Shown one piece after another: positions 1-9,447 of a stretch of 64,000 nucleotides of DNA. Origin of the DNA: an uncultured Alphaproteobacteria bacterium (lineage in GTDB: Bacteria; Pseudomonadota; Alphaproteobacteria; Caulobacterales; Hyphomonadaceae); the NCBI GenBank assembly GCA_963718145.1, contig CAVQYJ010000008.1, positions 87,066-151,065 of the forward strand, read 5' to 3'. The notes under the pieces were generated by a model. The model was not told the DNA's origin. It saw nothing but the letters and a program-made list of their open reading frames with translations, and made no database searches. Made by a program: the position numbers and the translations under genes. The first letter of the stretch is position 1; each line of letters begins with the position of its first letter.

Positions 1-1033
1 CTCCGACATGGTCGGCGAGTTCGCCGAACTCGAAGGCGTGATGGGGCGGTATTACGCGACGCTGCAGAAAGAGCCGCAGGCCATCGCGGATGCGGTGCGC
101 GATCACTACAAGCCGAAGGGGCCGAGCGATCAAGTTCCGAGCGATCCAGTGGCCGTCGCCGTGGCGCTGGCCGACAAGCTCGACACGCTCGTTGGCTTCT
201 GGGCGATCGATGAGAAGCCGACGGGATCGAAGGATCCCTACGCGCTTCGCCGCGCGGCACTGGGCTTGATTTCGCTTGATTTTGAAGAACTCGGTCCGCC
301 TGAAGCTGTATCCGGCAGGAGTGTTTGCGCTCTTCATCCGTGCCTAAGTCAGAAGCCGAATCAAAAGGCCTTTGCTGCTCTGATTGAGAGTGAAGGCGGA
401 GTTGCAATGGTGAGAGATCGCCTTGCTGAATCGCGCGCCAATGCGCAGGACCATGATGAGGTGCCAATCGAGTTTATCGCCGATGGTGGGCAGACGGAGG
501 AACTGGTCCTTGAGCCTCCTCGCCTTCTTCGTCGACCGCCTGAAGGTGCACCTGCGGGAGCAGGGTGCCCGCCATGACCTGATCGAACGCTGTTTGCGTA
601 TGGTCGAGGATCGACCTCGTGCCTCATCGTAAAGCGCGTGGAAGCCCTCGGCGCGTTCCTCGATACCGAGGACGGGAAGAACCTGCTGGCCGGCTACAAG
701 CGCGCGGCGAACATTCTCGCGATTGAGGAAAAGAAGGACGGCAAGGTCCTATTCCGGCGAGGGCAGGGCCATGGCGGGCGATCCGCCGGAAGTGGACGCT
801 CTGCTCGCAGCGCTCAAACAGGCGACGCCCGCTGCCTCCTCCGCGCTCGACAAGGAGGATTTTGCGGGGGCGATGAAGGCGCTGTCGAAACTGCGTGGCC
901 CGGTCGATGCTTTCTTCGACAAGGTTACCGTGAATGCCGACAAGGCCGATGTGCGCGAAACAGGCTGATGCTGCTCTCGCAGATCCGCGATGCGCTCGGG
1001 CGCGTGGCGGATTTCTCGAAGATTGAAGGCTAA
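1..1033 (+). pseudogene. glyS: glycine--tRNA ligase beta subunit (GlyS), 3' portion entering from the left edge; reading frame broken at least 5 times
   Basis: GlyS-typical peptides are spread over three frames: '[16 protein letters not shown]...[13 protein letters not shown]' (8..), '[12 protein letters not shown]' (from ~273), '[23 protein letters not shown]' (423..632 ORF), '[38 protein letters not shown]' (638..), '[37 protein letters not shown]' (723..968 ORF), and '[23 protein letters not shown]' (ending at 1033). Two switches sit on homopolymers (T-run 270-272, A-run 958-960). Confidence 0.8.
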
Positions 1034-1072
1034 GGGAGGTGGTCTCCCGGTCGACGCACGAACCCCAACACC

Positions 1073-1201
1073 GCTCATCCCGACGAAAGTCGGGATCCAG
1101 GGACGGCTCGTTCGGACAGCGCGTACGGAATTGGAGCTGCAGCCCAAAATCGGAACAAGGCTCGCTGCCTGCCCTGGATCCCGACTTTCGTCGGGACGAG
1201 C
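1073..1201. repeat. REP/MITE-like intergenic element with 25-nt perfect inverted arms (TCCCGACGAAAGTCGGGATCCAGGG at 1078..1102, reverse complement at 1172..1196) and a 69-nt spacer; each arm is itself a CCCGAC-GAAA-GTCGGG hairpin
   Basis: Read directly in the glyS-ppdK spacer. A diverged element with the same architecture is at 45784..45897. Confidence 0.75.
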
Positions 1202-1235
1202 GGGGATGAAGCAGAGCGAAGTAGGAAGTCTGACG

Positions 1236-3914
1236 ATGTCCCAACTTGCAACCAAGTGGGTTTACGATTTCGGCGGCGGCGCCTCGGATGGCGACGCCTC
1301 GATGAAGAACCTTTTGGGCGGCAAGGGGGCGAACCTGGCGGAGATGTCCAAGCTCGGCCTGCCGGTGCCGCCGGGATTCACCATCACGACGGAAGTCTGC
1401 ACCGTCTTCTACCAGCTGCGGAAACAATACCCGGCCGAGCTTGAGGCGCAGGTCGCCGATGCGTTGCGGGCGCTGGAAGGGCGGACGCAGAAGAAGTTCG
1501 GCGATCCCGGAAATCCGTTGCTGGTGTCGGTCCGCTCGGGCAGCCGCGCCTCGATGCCAGGCATGATGGATACGGTCCTGAACCTCGGCCTCAACGACCA
1601 GACGGCGGAGGGGCTGGCCAAGCTTTCGGGCGACCGGCGCTTTGCGTTCGATTCGTATCGCCGCTTCATCCAGATGTATTCCAACGTCGTGCTCAACATT
1701 CCACACGACGAGTTCGAGCATATCCTCGACGACTATAAAGAGAGCCACGATCTCAACCTCGACACGGAACTCGGCGCCGAGAGCTGGATGGAGGTCATCA
1801 ACCACTACAAGAAGGCGATCGTTAAGCGGCTCGGCCGCGACTTCCCGCAGGATCCGAAGGACCAGCTCTGGGGCGCGATCGGGGCGGTGTTCTCCTCGTG
1901 GATGAACGATCGCGCGGTGACCTATCGCAGGCTCAACGACATTCCGGAATCGTGGGGCACGGCGGTCAACGTGCAGTCCATGGTGTTCGGCAATATGGGC
2001 GAGAATTCCGCGACGGGCGTGGCGTTCACGCGCGATCCCTCGACCGGCGAGAAGCATTTCTATGGCGAGTACCTCGTCAATGCGCAGGGCGAGGACGTGG
2101 TGGCAGGCATCCGCACGCCGGCGCCGATCTCGAATGCGCGCAAGGCGGCGCTGAAGTCGGAGGACAGGTCGCTCGAAGAGGCGATGCCGAAAGTCTACAA
2201 GCAGCTCACCGAAGTCGCGCACCGGCTGGAGACGCACTATCGCGACATGCAGGACATCGAGTTCACGGTGGAGCAGGGCACGCTCTACATGCTGCAGACC
2301 CGCAACGGCAAACGCACGGCGCAGGCGGCGCTGAAGCTTGCCGTGGACATGTGCCGCGAGGGGCTGATCGGCAAGAACGAGGCGGTGCTGCGGCTCGAGC
2401 CCTCGCAGCTCGACCAGCTGCTGCATCCGGCAATCGCCGACGACGCCGTGCGGGACGTGTTCGTGAAGGGGCTCCCGGCGAGCCCGGGCGCGGCGGTCGG
2501 GCAGATCGTGTTCGAGCCGGCGGACGCAGTGGCGCTGGCGGCGAAGAGCATTGCTGTCATTCTCGTAAGGATCGAGACCAGCCCGGAAGACATCCAGGGC
2601 ATGCATGCCGCCAAGGCGATCGTCACGGCGCGTGGCGGAATGACGTCTCATGCGGCGGTTGTGGCGCGCGGCATGGGGCGGCCTTGTGTGTGCGGCGCGG
2701 GGGCGATGCAGGTGGATGCAGCGCGTGGTGTGGTGCGGGTGGGCGGGCGGACGCTGAAGAAGGGCGACGTGATCACCGTGGATGGCGCGAAGGGGCAGGT
2801 GCTGGTGGGCGCGGTGAAGATGGTGGAGCCGCAGCTGGGCGGCGACTTCGCGGAGCTGATGGGTTGGGCGGATGGCGTGCGGCGGATGAGGGTGCGCGCG
2901 AATGCCGAGACGCCGCTGGATGCGGAGACGGCGCGGAAGTTCGGTGCAGAGGGCGTGGGGCTGTGCAGGACGGAGCACATGTTCTTCGACGCAGCGCGGA
3001 TCCCCGTGGTGCGCGAGATGATCCTGGCGCACGACGAGAAGGGTCGGCGGCGCGCGCTGGAGAAGCTGCTGCCGATGCAGCGCGGCGATTTCGCGGAGAT
3101 CTTCCGCATCATGGCGGGGCTGCCGGTGACGATCCGGTTGCTGGACCCGCCGCTGCACGAATTCCTGCCGCACACGGCCGAGGACATGGCTGAGGTGTCG
3201 AAACAATCCGGCGTGTCGGTAGAGCTGCTGAAGGCGCGCGCGTCCGAATTGCATGAGAGCAATCCGATGCTGGGGCATCGCGGGTGCAGGCTCGGCGTCA
3301 CGTATCCTGAGATATACGAGATGCAGGCGCGGGCGATCTTCGAGGCGGCGCTGGATGTCGCGAAGGAAGCGGGCAAGGCGCCGGTGCCGGAGATCATGAT
3401 ACCTCTGGTCGCCACAAAGAAGGAGCTGGAGCTGATGCGGGCGCTGGTTGTGGCGACGGCGGAGAAAGTGTTCCAGGAGCGGGCGGCGCAGGTCGACTAT
3501 CTCGTCGGCACGATGATCGAATTGCCGCGGGCCGCCTTGAGGGCTGGAGAGATCGCGGAGGAGGCGGAGTTCTTCTCGTTCGGCACCAACGACCTGACGC
3601 AGACGGCGCTCGGCATTTCGCGGGACGACGCGGCGCGGTTCCTGAAAGTCTATGAGGAGCGCGGCATCTACGAGAAGGACCCGTTCGTTTCCATCGACCG
3701 CGACGGCGTGGGCGAGCTGGTGAAGATCGGCTGCGCCCGGGGCCGGTCGACGCGGCCGCGACTGAAGCTGGGCGTGTGCGGGGAGCATGGCGGCGATCCG
3801 GCGTCGATCTTCTTTTTCGAGGAGGCGGGACTGGACTATGTCTCGGCCTCTCCCTTCCGCGTCCCCGTCGCCCGGCTGGCGGCAGCCCATGCCGTGCTGA
3901 AGAAGCCCCGTTAG
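1236..3914 (+). CDS. ppdK: pyruvate, phosphate dikinase
   Basis: 892 aa. N-terminus 'MSQLATKWVYDFGGGASDGDASMKNLLGGKGANLAEMSKLGLPVPPGFTITTEVC', phospho-His region 'GGMTSHAAVVARGMG', and C-terminal PEP-utilising 'GLDYVSASPFRVPVARLAAA'. The ATG at 1236 was chosen within ORF 990..3914. Confidence 0.95.
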   Translation: MSQLATKWVYDFGGGASDGDASMKNLLGGKGANLAEMSKLGLPVPPGFTITTEVCTVFYQLRKQYPAELEAQVADALRALEGRTQKKFGDPGNPLLVSVRSGSRASMPGMMDTVLNLGLNDQTAEGLAKLSGDRRFAFDSYRRFIQMYSNVVLNIPHDEFEHILDDYKESHDLNLDTELGAESWMEVINHYKKAIVKRLGRDFPQDPKDQLWGAIGAVFSSWMNDRAVTYRRLNDIPESWGTAVNVQSMVFGNMGENSATGVAFTRDPSTGEKHFYGEYLVNAQGEDVVAGIRTPAPISNARKAALKSEDRSLEEAMPKVYKQLTEVAHRLETHYRDMQDIEFTVEQGTLYMLQTRNGKRTAQAALKLAVDMCREGLIGKNEAVLRLEPSQLDQLLHPAIADDAVRDVFVKGLPASPGAAVGQIVFEPADAVALAAKSIAVILVRIETSPEDIQGMHAAKAIVTARGGMTSHAAVVARGMGRPCVCGAGAMQVDAARGVVRVGGRTLKKGDVITVDGAKGQVLVGAVKMVEPQLGGDFAELMGWADGVRRMRVRANAETPLDAETARKFGAEGVGLCRTEHMFFDAARIPVVREMILAHDEKGRRRALEKLLPMQRGDFAEIFRIMAGLPVTIRLLDPPLHEFLPHTAEDMAEVSKQSGVSVELLKARASELHESNPMLGHRGCRLGVTYPEIYEMQARAIFEAALDVAKEAGKAPVPEIMIPLVATKKELELMRALVVATAEKVFQERAAQVDYLVGTMIELPRAALRAGEIAEEAEFFSFGTNDLTQTALGISRDDAARFLKVYEERGIYEKDPFVSIDRDGVGELVKIGCARGRSTRPRLKLGVCGEHGGDPASIFFFEEAGLDYVSASPFRVPVARLAAAHAVLKKPR

Positions 3915-3989
3915 AGGATAGACGGCAGGCGCAGGTTCGCGTTTCCGCGCGAGGCCGCGCGGATCGGGATGGGCTGATTGCGGGCTACC

Positions 3990-4844
3990 TCATCCCGAGG
4001 ACCAGTAGGCCGGGAGGATCTCGGATAATCGCGTTCGGGCGGCTTCGTTGGCGTCGCGGGCCAAAGGGGGCTTGTTCGGACCCCGTCGCGGCATGGCAAG
4101 GAGCCAGAGATTGGGGGCGGCCTCCCGGCCGCGGCGCAACCGGAAGGCGAGGCGGCGGACATACGGCGCCGGATCGTTGATCACCCGGATCACGGCTTCC
4201 AGCCGCCGGGCGAGCGGCATCGACTGGTGCTGGACCCTGCGGAAGCGCATGGGCGTGCGCGGATCGCCGCGGAAATGGTCGCGGTCGATCGGCGGCAGCT
4301 TCTTGCGGGGCAGGCGCCAGTGTCTTTCCGCGAGCTTGGCCGGCATGATGCGGAAGGAGACGCGCCAGGTTTCAGGCTGGGTGGGGTCGCAGGCGGGCTT
4401 TTCCTGCGGCGCCCGTGAGGTGCGGATGACGCCGCCCGGGCGCGAGGGCGGCAGGGATTGCGAGCCGGCGAGAGCGAAGGCTTCGATCACCAGCATGCGG
4501 CGCAGCAGCAGCTCGATGGGGCGGAGATAGTCGAGGATCTCGAACTTGCGGAACTGCCAGACGAAATGGTGGAGGGCGAGCGTGGCCGGGCCCCAATAAT
4601 CGCCGACCAGCCAGACCAGCAAGTCGCGTGCGGTGGCGAGGAAGGATGTCGATTGCGGGTCGGCGAGGCAGGGCGGGATCGCTTCATCGCCCTGCGGCAC
4701 GCGCGTTTCGTAGCGGAAGAAGGGGTCGTCGTCGCCGCAATCGCGATGATCCTCGAAGGCGGACGCGACAGATATGCCCGCGCGCAGGTTGTCCGCATGC
4801 GGAGGATCGGCAGTGGGGTTCGTGGTGTTCGGCTCGTTGTTCAT
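3990..4844 (-). CDS. hypothetical protein
   Basis: ORF 3990..4883. The internal ATG at 4844 ('MNNEPNTT') is the likelier start. No family was recognised; the ORF is convergent with ppdK. Confidence 0.45.
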   Translation of the reverse strand: MNNEPNTTNPTADPPHADNLRAGISVASAFEDHRDCGDDDPFFRYETRVPQGDEAIPPCLADPQSTSFLATARDLLVWLVGDYWGPATLALHHFVWQFRKFEILDYLRPIELLLRRMLVIEAFALAGSQSLPPSRPGGVIRTSRAPQEKPACDPTQPETWRVSFRIMPAKLAERHWRLPRKKLPPIDRDHFRGDPRTPMRFRRVQHQSMPLARRLEAVIRVINDPAPYVRRLAFRLRRGREAAPNLWLLAMPRRGPNKPPLARDANEAARTRLSEILPAYWSSG

Positions 4845-5547
4845 GGGCGCAGTATCGCCCCGGCCCGCGCGGTGTAGGGTCAAATGTCCTGCATATTTTT
4901 TCCCATCGTTGATGTTGCGAGAGTTTTTGCGCGCGGGACGCCGACAGGTGTTGGATAAGTCGGGGTGAGGGTCGCGCCGGCCGACCCATCATGGTCCGCC
5001 TGCGTCGCTTTGCGATGACCAGCGGAAAGTCGCCAGCTGTCCCGGCCGGGGATGCCACTGGCTTATCCACAACAGCCTGTTTCCCCAGCGTTCTGCGGTA
5101 ATTGAATTCAATTCGGCGTCAGGACGAATTCCGGCGGGTGTGTTGCCGGAATGCCTGCGCGGCCTATCTGAAGTCCCTGGCGTTGGGCCATCCCGTTGAA
5201 AAAAGGAGCTATTGGTAAACGCAGATCGTTAACGGCTCGCCTGGCACGGGAATTGATGTCCCCCCCAGGTCCGATGGCGCGGGATTTGCGACTTCCAGGG
5301 CAATCAGCCGCAAGGCTTGCCCCGTATCAAAGGCCCAGATAGGGCGGCTGACGTCGCACAGCTCAGAACAGAACACGGCGACGGGTGAAGTGGAGTGTCT
5401 ATCCGAACGCGCGCGGGCGTTCACACGCAATTTGCGTTTACGATGATTAAGGGGAAGCCTGGGGTGTTAGCCCTCGAGAAACCACTGAACCTTATTATCG
5501 CCCATCTCAAGGCGGCGTTCACAGCCGTCGTCAGGTGGTGGTTCACT

Positions 5548-6561
5548 ATGTCTGATGCTGAAAAGCGTCTGACCCAGAAACGCGCGGTCTCGGTGGTTGC
5601 CTGTGTGGCGGTCTTCGCCATGGCTGGCCCGTTCATCGCCCAGCGTTTCGACGTCCAGAAGACCGAAGAAGCCTATCGCGCCGACGCCTATCAGCTTGCC
5701 CAGTCGCTGGGTGCGGGCGGGGCCGAGACTGTGCAGCACGTCTCCTTCACCAACAAGGCGAGTCCCACCGCGCTGTTCCAGTCGGTGTCGTTCGCCCTCA
5801 GCCAGACCTCCGACGTCGGCCTGAAGGCTGTGCCGCTGCGTGAGCGGGACACGATGGTGCTAGCGAGCCTGACCGGCTTTACCGCCCAGAACCTCGGCGC
5901 GGCGTCGCACGAGCAGAGCGAGGCGGACTGCCTCGCCGAAGCCATCTATTACGAAGCGCGTTCGGAGAACGTCAAAGGCCAGATGGCCGTGGCGGAAGTG
6001 GTGATGAACCGCGTCAAGGATCCGCGCTTCCCGAAGACGGTGTGCGCCGTGGTCTACCAGGGCCGCTATCGCGATACCGGATGCCAGTTCACCTTCACCT
6101 GCGACGGCTCGCTGAACAACCCGCCGCAGGGGGAGTCGTGGGATCGTGCCCGGGCGATCGCACTGCACGTGGTCATGGGGCTGAACACGCCCATCACCAA
6201 CAAGGCGACGCACTATCACACCGACTATGTGAACCCGTACTGGAAGGCCGGCCTCGTCGAGACCGCCGAGATCGGCACGCACATCTTCTACCGCTTCCCG
6301 AAGACCGGGCAGGAATGGTCGGATGCGCGCATCGCCCTTGCGGCCCAGAACGGCGAATCGAGCGATGACCAGCCGATCGTTGTCCCGGTCGACCTGCCGG
6401 CCGATGCGGGCATCGCGATCAGCCCGCCGGTCAACGACGCCGACAAGCTGGCGGCGGCGCAGCTCCTGAAGATTTCGGTCACGCAGAAGCCGCAGCCAGT
6501 GGTTGAGCCGATCGCCGCCGCTGCGCCTGCAGGCGCAGCGCCGGATGCGCGAGCGCTTTAG
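5548..6561 (+). CDS. cell wall hydrolase, SleB/Hydrolase_2 family, with N-terminal membrane anchor and Pro/Ala-rich tail
   Basis: 'CLAEAIYYEARSENVKGQMAVAEVVMNRVKDPRFPKTVCAVVYQ...QFTFTCDG...ATHYHTDYVNPYW' is the SleB-type pattern. The start is taken at 'MSDAEKRL' (5548); the ORF is open from 5395. Confidence 0.8.
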   Translation: MSDAEKRLTQKRAVSVVACVAVFAMAGPFIAQRFDVQKTEEAYRADAYQLAQSLGAGGAETVQHVSFTNKASPTALFQSVSFALSQTSDVGLKAVPLRERDTMVLASLTGFTAQNLGAASHEQSEADCLAEAIYYEARSENVKGQMAVAEVVMNRVKDPRFPKTVCAVVYQGRYRDTGCQFTFTCDGSLNNPPQGESWDRARAIALHVVMGLNTPITNKATHYHTDYVNPYWKAGLVETAEIGTHIFYRFPKTGQEWSDARIALAAQNGESSDDQPIVVPVDLPADAGIAISPPVNDADKLAAAQLLKISVTQKPQPVVEPIAAAAPAGAAPDARAL

Positions 6562-7448
6562 GCCTCGAAGTCCAGTCCTACATCCAGGTTGACAGCGCTA
6601 TGCGTCAGCGCGCCGGCAGAAATGTAGTCGACGCCCGTTTCGGCGATGGCTTTCACCGTCTCAAGGCGGACGCCGCCGGAGGCTTCGGTCTTCGACTTGC
6701 CGGCGACGATGGCGACGGCTTGCCTCAGCATGTCCGGCTTCATGTTGTCGAGCAGGATGGCGTCGGGGCTGTGTTTCAGCGCTTCGCGGAGCTGGTCGAG
6801 GCTGTCGACCTCGATCTCGATCATGCGCAGGTGGCCGACGGCGGCCTTGGCGCGCCTCATCGCTTGCGCGACGCCCCCGGCGGCGGCGATGTGGTTGTCC
6901 TTGATGAGGATCGCGTCGTCGAGCCCGAGGCGGTGGTTGACGCCGCCGCCGATGCGCACGGCGCGCTTCTCCAGCGCGCGGAAGCCAGGCGTGGTCTTGC
7001 GCGTGCAGGTGATCTTGGCGTGCGTGCCTTTCACTTCCGCCACGAATTTCGCCGTGAGGGTGGCGACGCCTGACAGCGGGCCGATGAAGTTGAGCAGGGT
7101 GCGTTCGGCGGTCAGCACGGAGCGCGCGCTGCCTTCGATGCGGATGAGCTGGGCGCCTTTGGCGAAGGGGACGCCTTCGCTGATCAGCGTGGTCCATGTC
7201 GCGTCGGGATCGACCAGCTTGAGCGCAAGCCGCGCGGCATCGTAGCCAGCGGCGAGGCCGGGCTCGCGGGCGCTGACGACGGCGGTCATGCGCGTCGTGG
7301 CGGGGATGACCGCGTCGGTCGTGATGTCGCCGCCTCGGCCGAGATCTTCCTGGAGGGCGAGACGCACCAGCGGCTCGATGATGATGTCCGGCAGGGGGGC
7401 GTTCGGCAACATGTCGCCGGACGTGATGGTCTGGATCAGGTCGGTCAT
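6558..7448 (-). CDS. nadC: nicotinate-nucleotide diphosphorylase (quinolinate phosphoribosyltransferase)
   Basis: 296 aa with 'EDLGRGGDITT', 'AERTLLNFIGPLSGVATLT' and 'TRKTTPGFRALEKRAVRIGGGVNHRLGLDDAILIKDNH'. The ATG at 7448 overlaps the nadB stop (ATGA). Confidence 0.93.
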   Translation of the reverse strand: MTDLIQTITSGDMLPNAPLPDIIIEPLVRLALQEDLGRGGDITTDAVIPATTRMTAVVSAREPGLAAGYDAARLALKLVDPDATWTTLISEGVPFAKGAQLIRIEGSARSVLTAERTLLNFIGPLSGVATLTAKFVAEVKGTHAKITCTRKTTPGFRALEKRAVRIGGGVNHRLGLDDAILIKDNHIAAAGGVAQAMRRAKAAVGHLRMIEIEVDSLDQLREALKHSPDAILLDNMKPDMLRQAVAIVAGKSKTEASGGVRLETVKAIAETGVDYISAGALTHSAVNLDVGLDFEA

Positions 7449-8980
7449 TGCGGTCCTTCCGCGATGGCGGCGTGGTGGATCAGCGGTTGCCCATCCAGGC
7501 CCCGCCGGATGAAGGTGCGATGCGGCGGGGCGAAGGCGTCCGGGAAGTCGGAGCGGTAATGTCCGCCGCGGCTTTCCCGCCGGGCCAGTGCAGCCGAGAC
7601 GATCAGCCTGGAGGCGACAAGCGCGCGGGCTGGGCCGACATTGTCCATCGCGGCGTTCAGCCAGTCGAGCGTGGCGGCGAGGCCCGCGGCGGTGCGGATG
7701 ACGCCGCACTGGCCATGCATGCGCTTGCGCAGTTCGGTGAGGGAGAGTTCGCCGACATCGGGCGGGGCTTCGGCTTGCGCCGGGCCAGGCGTGGCGAGGT
7801 CGGACTCCTTGAGCCGGCGCGCGGCGCGTTCGGCGAACACGACGGCTTCAAGGAGAGAGTTCGAGGCGAGGCGATTGGCGCCGTGCGCTCCGGTGGAGGC
7901 GCTCTCGCCGCAGGCCGACAGGCCTTCCAGCGAGGTGCGGGCCCAGAGGTCGGTGACGACGCCGCCCATGTGGTAGTGCATGGCGGGCGCGACGGGGATC
8001 GTATCGACGCGCGGATCGATCTTCGCGCTCATGCAGGCGTCGAAGACTGTGGGGAAATGATGCGGGAATTCGGCGCCGACGGCCTTGCGGCAATCGAGGA
8101 AGGCGCCGCGGCCGGCATCGCGCTCGGCATGGATGGCGCGGGCGACTTCGTCGCGCGGCGCAAGGTCGCCGAGCGTGTGGTAGTCGGCCATGAAGGCGCG
8201 GCCAGTTCTGTCGACGAGGTGGGCGCCTTCGCCCCTTAGAGCCTCCGTAGCAAGAGGCGCAGGGTCGCGGCCGATGTCGATGGCGGTGGGGTGGAACTGC
8301 ACGAATTCCGGATCGCCGATCAGGGCGCCTGCGGCGTAGGCCATGGCCACAGCGTCGCCCTGCGACGAGCGCGGATTGGTGGTGATGGCGAAGAGGCCGC
8401 CGGAGCCGCCGGCGCACAGGATGGTCTCGCGCGCTGCGAGCTGGGCATGATCGCCGCCACGGTCTTCGGCAAGGACGCCGGCGATGCGGCCATTGGAATC
8501 CTGCAGCAGCGCGATGGCCTTGATGCCGTCGATCACCTCGATGTGGGAGGAGGCGGCGACCGCGTAGCTGAGCGCCTCCATGATCGCCTTGCCGGCGAGG
8601 TCGCCTGAGACGCGGGCGACACGCGCGCGCGAGTGCGCGGCTTCCATGGAGAGGGCGAGTTCTCCGTCGGCGGTGCGGTCGAACGGCACGCCCAGGTCGA
8701 GGAGGTCGCGAACGCGATGCGGGCCGTCCTCGGCGATGAGCCGCGCCACCACCGGATCGACGATGCCGGCGCCGGCGGCGATGGTGTCGGCGGCGTGGAG
8801 GCCGGGATTGTCTTCCGGAGACAGCGCCGCGGCGAGGCCGCCCTGCGCCCAGGCGGAGGCCGCGGCCTGGCCGATGGGAGCAAGCGCAATGACAGTGCAC
8901 TTCCGCGGCGAAAGCTTCAGCGCGAGGAACAGGCCAGCGAGGCCGCCGCCGACGATGAGGATGTCGCGTGGCTGGGTCAC
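7445..8980 (-). CDS. nadB: L-aspartate oxidase
   Basis: 511 aa with FAD fold 'ILIVGGGLAGLFLALKL', 'AQGGLAAAL' and 'HYHMGGVVTD'. The GTG start at 8980 overlaps the stop of the upstream paralog gene (GTGA). Confidence 0.93.
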   Translation of the reverse strand: MTQPRDILIVGGGLAGLFLALKLSPRKCTVIALAPIGQAAASAWAQGGLAAALSPEDNPGLHAADTIAAGAGIVDPVVARLIAEDGPHRVRDLLDLGVPFDRTADGELALSMEAAHSRARVARVSGDLAGKAIMEALSYAVAASSHIEVIDGIKAIALLQDSNGRIAGVLAEDRGGDHAQLAARETILCAGGSGGLFAITTNPRSSQGDAVAMAYAAGALIGDPEFVQFHPTAIDIGRDPAPLATEALRGEGAHLVDRTGRAFMADYHTLGDLAPRDEVARAIHAERDAGRGAFLDCRKAVGAEFPHHFPTVFDACMSAKIDPRVDTIPVAPAMHYHMGGVVTDLWARTSLEGLSACGESASTGAHGANRLASNSLLEAVVFAERAARRLKESDLATPGPAQAEAPPDVGELSLTELRKRMHGQCGVIRTAAGLAATLDWLNAAMDNVGPARALVASRLIVSAALARRESRGGHYRSDFPDAFAPPHRTFIRRGLDGQPLIHHAAIAEGPQ

Positions 8981-9447
8981 GACAGCAGGTCCAGCTTGCG
9001 GCGGAATTTTACCGGGGCCTGGCTGTAGGATTTGAACAGGCCGGTCATTTCATCGCCGGTGCGGCTGATGGTGACGGCGAAGCTGTCGGCGGCGTAGCGC
9101 TGCTGCATCTGCTTCAGCATGTCGGGAGGATCGACGGAGACGATCGACTTGATCGCGCTGGTCATGACGAGGTCGGCGCCGGCCTGGGTCGCGATGCAGC
9201 TTTGCTCGGTTTTCACCGAATGCGGCAGGCGGGTCTCGCAGGTCCAGATCGCCGTGAAGTTGCAGGAGAAGGCGTCAGCGGCGGTCTCCTTGACGCGCAT
9301 GTCGCCGTGCAGAGCGCAGCCATAGGCGATCTTGTCGGTCTCGAATGTCCATGCGCCTTCAGGCGAGGGGGCTTTCTTCAGCTGCGCATGGGCGGCGCTG
9401 CAGGCGAGGACGAGGGCGAGCGGCAGGACGGCGCGCAGGATGATCAC
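8977..9447 (-). CDS. secreted 4-Cys protein, paralog 1 of 4 (unknown family)
   Basis: GTG start at 9447. Signal peptide 'VIILRAVLPLALVLACSAAHAQ', then 'LKKAPSPEGAWTFETD..C..C......C....QSC' and C-terminal '...VKFRRKLDLLS'. The sequence is alignable by eye to the three genes upstream. Confidence 0.75.
   Translation of the reverse strand: MIILRAVLPLALVLACSAAHAQLKKAPSPEGAWTFETDKIAYGCALHGDMRVKETAADAFSCNFTAIWTCETRLPHSVKTEQSCIATQAGADLVMTSAIKSIVSVDPPDMLKQMQQRYAADSFAVTISRTGDEMTGLFKSYSQAPVKFRRKLDLLS

Noticed and set aside
624-3890. 1088-aa ORF on the minus strand covering the whole ppdK region
   Set aside because: It is a shadow ORF of a high-GC gene. The translation is low-complexity and Arg/His/Pro/Leu-rich with no family motifs, while the plus strand encodes a textbook PPDK.
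5063-5071. Perfect DnaA box TTATCCACA (plus a near-match at 4949..4958) in the large spacer, raising the question of an oriC
   Set aside because: A single perfect 9-mer is roughly expected by chance in 64 kb over two strands. There is no cluster of boxes, no AT-rich unwinding element, no hemE/dnaA-type neighbours, and no switch in gene-strand bias.
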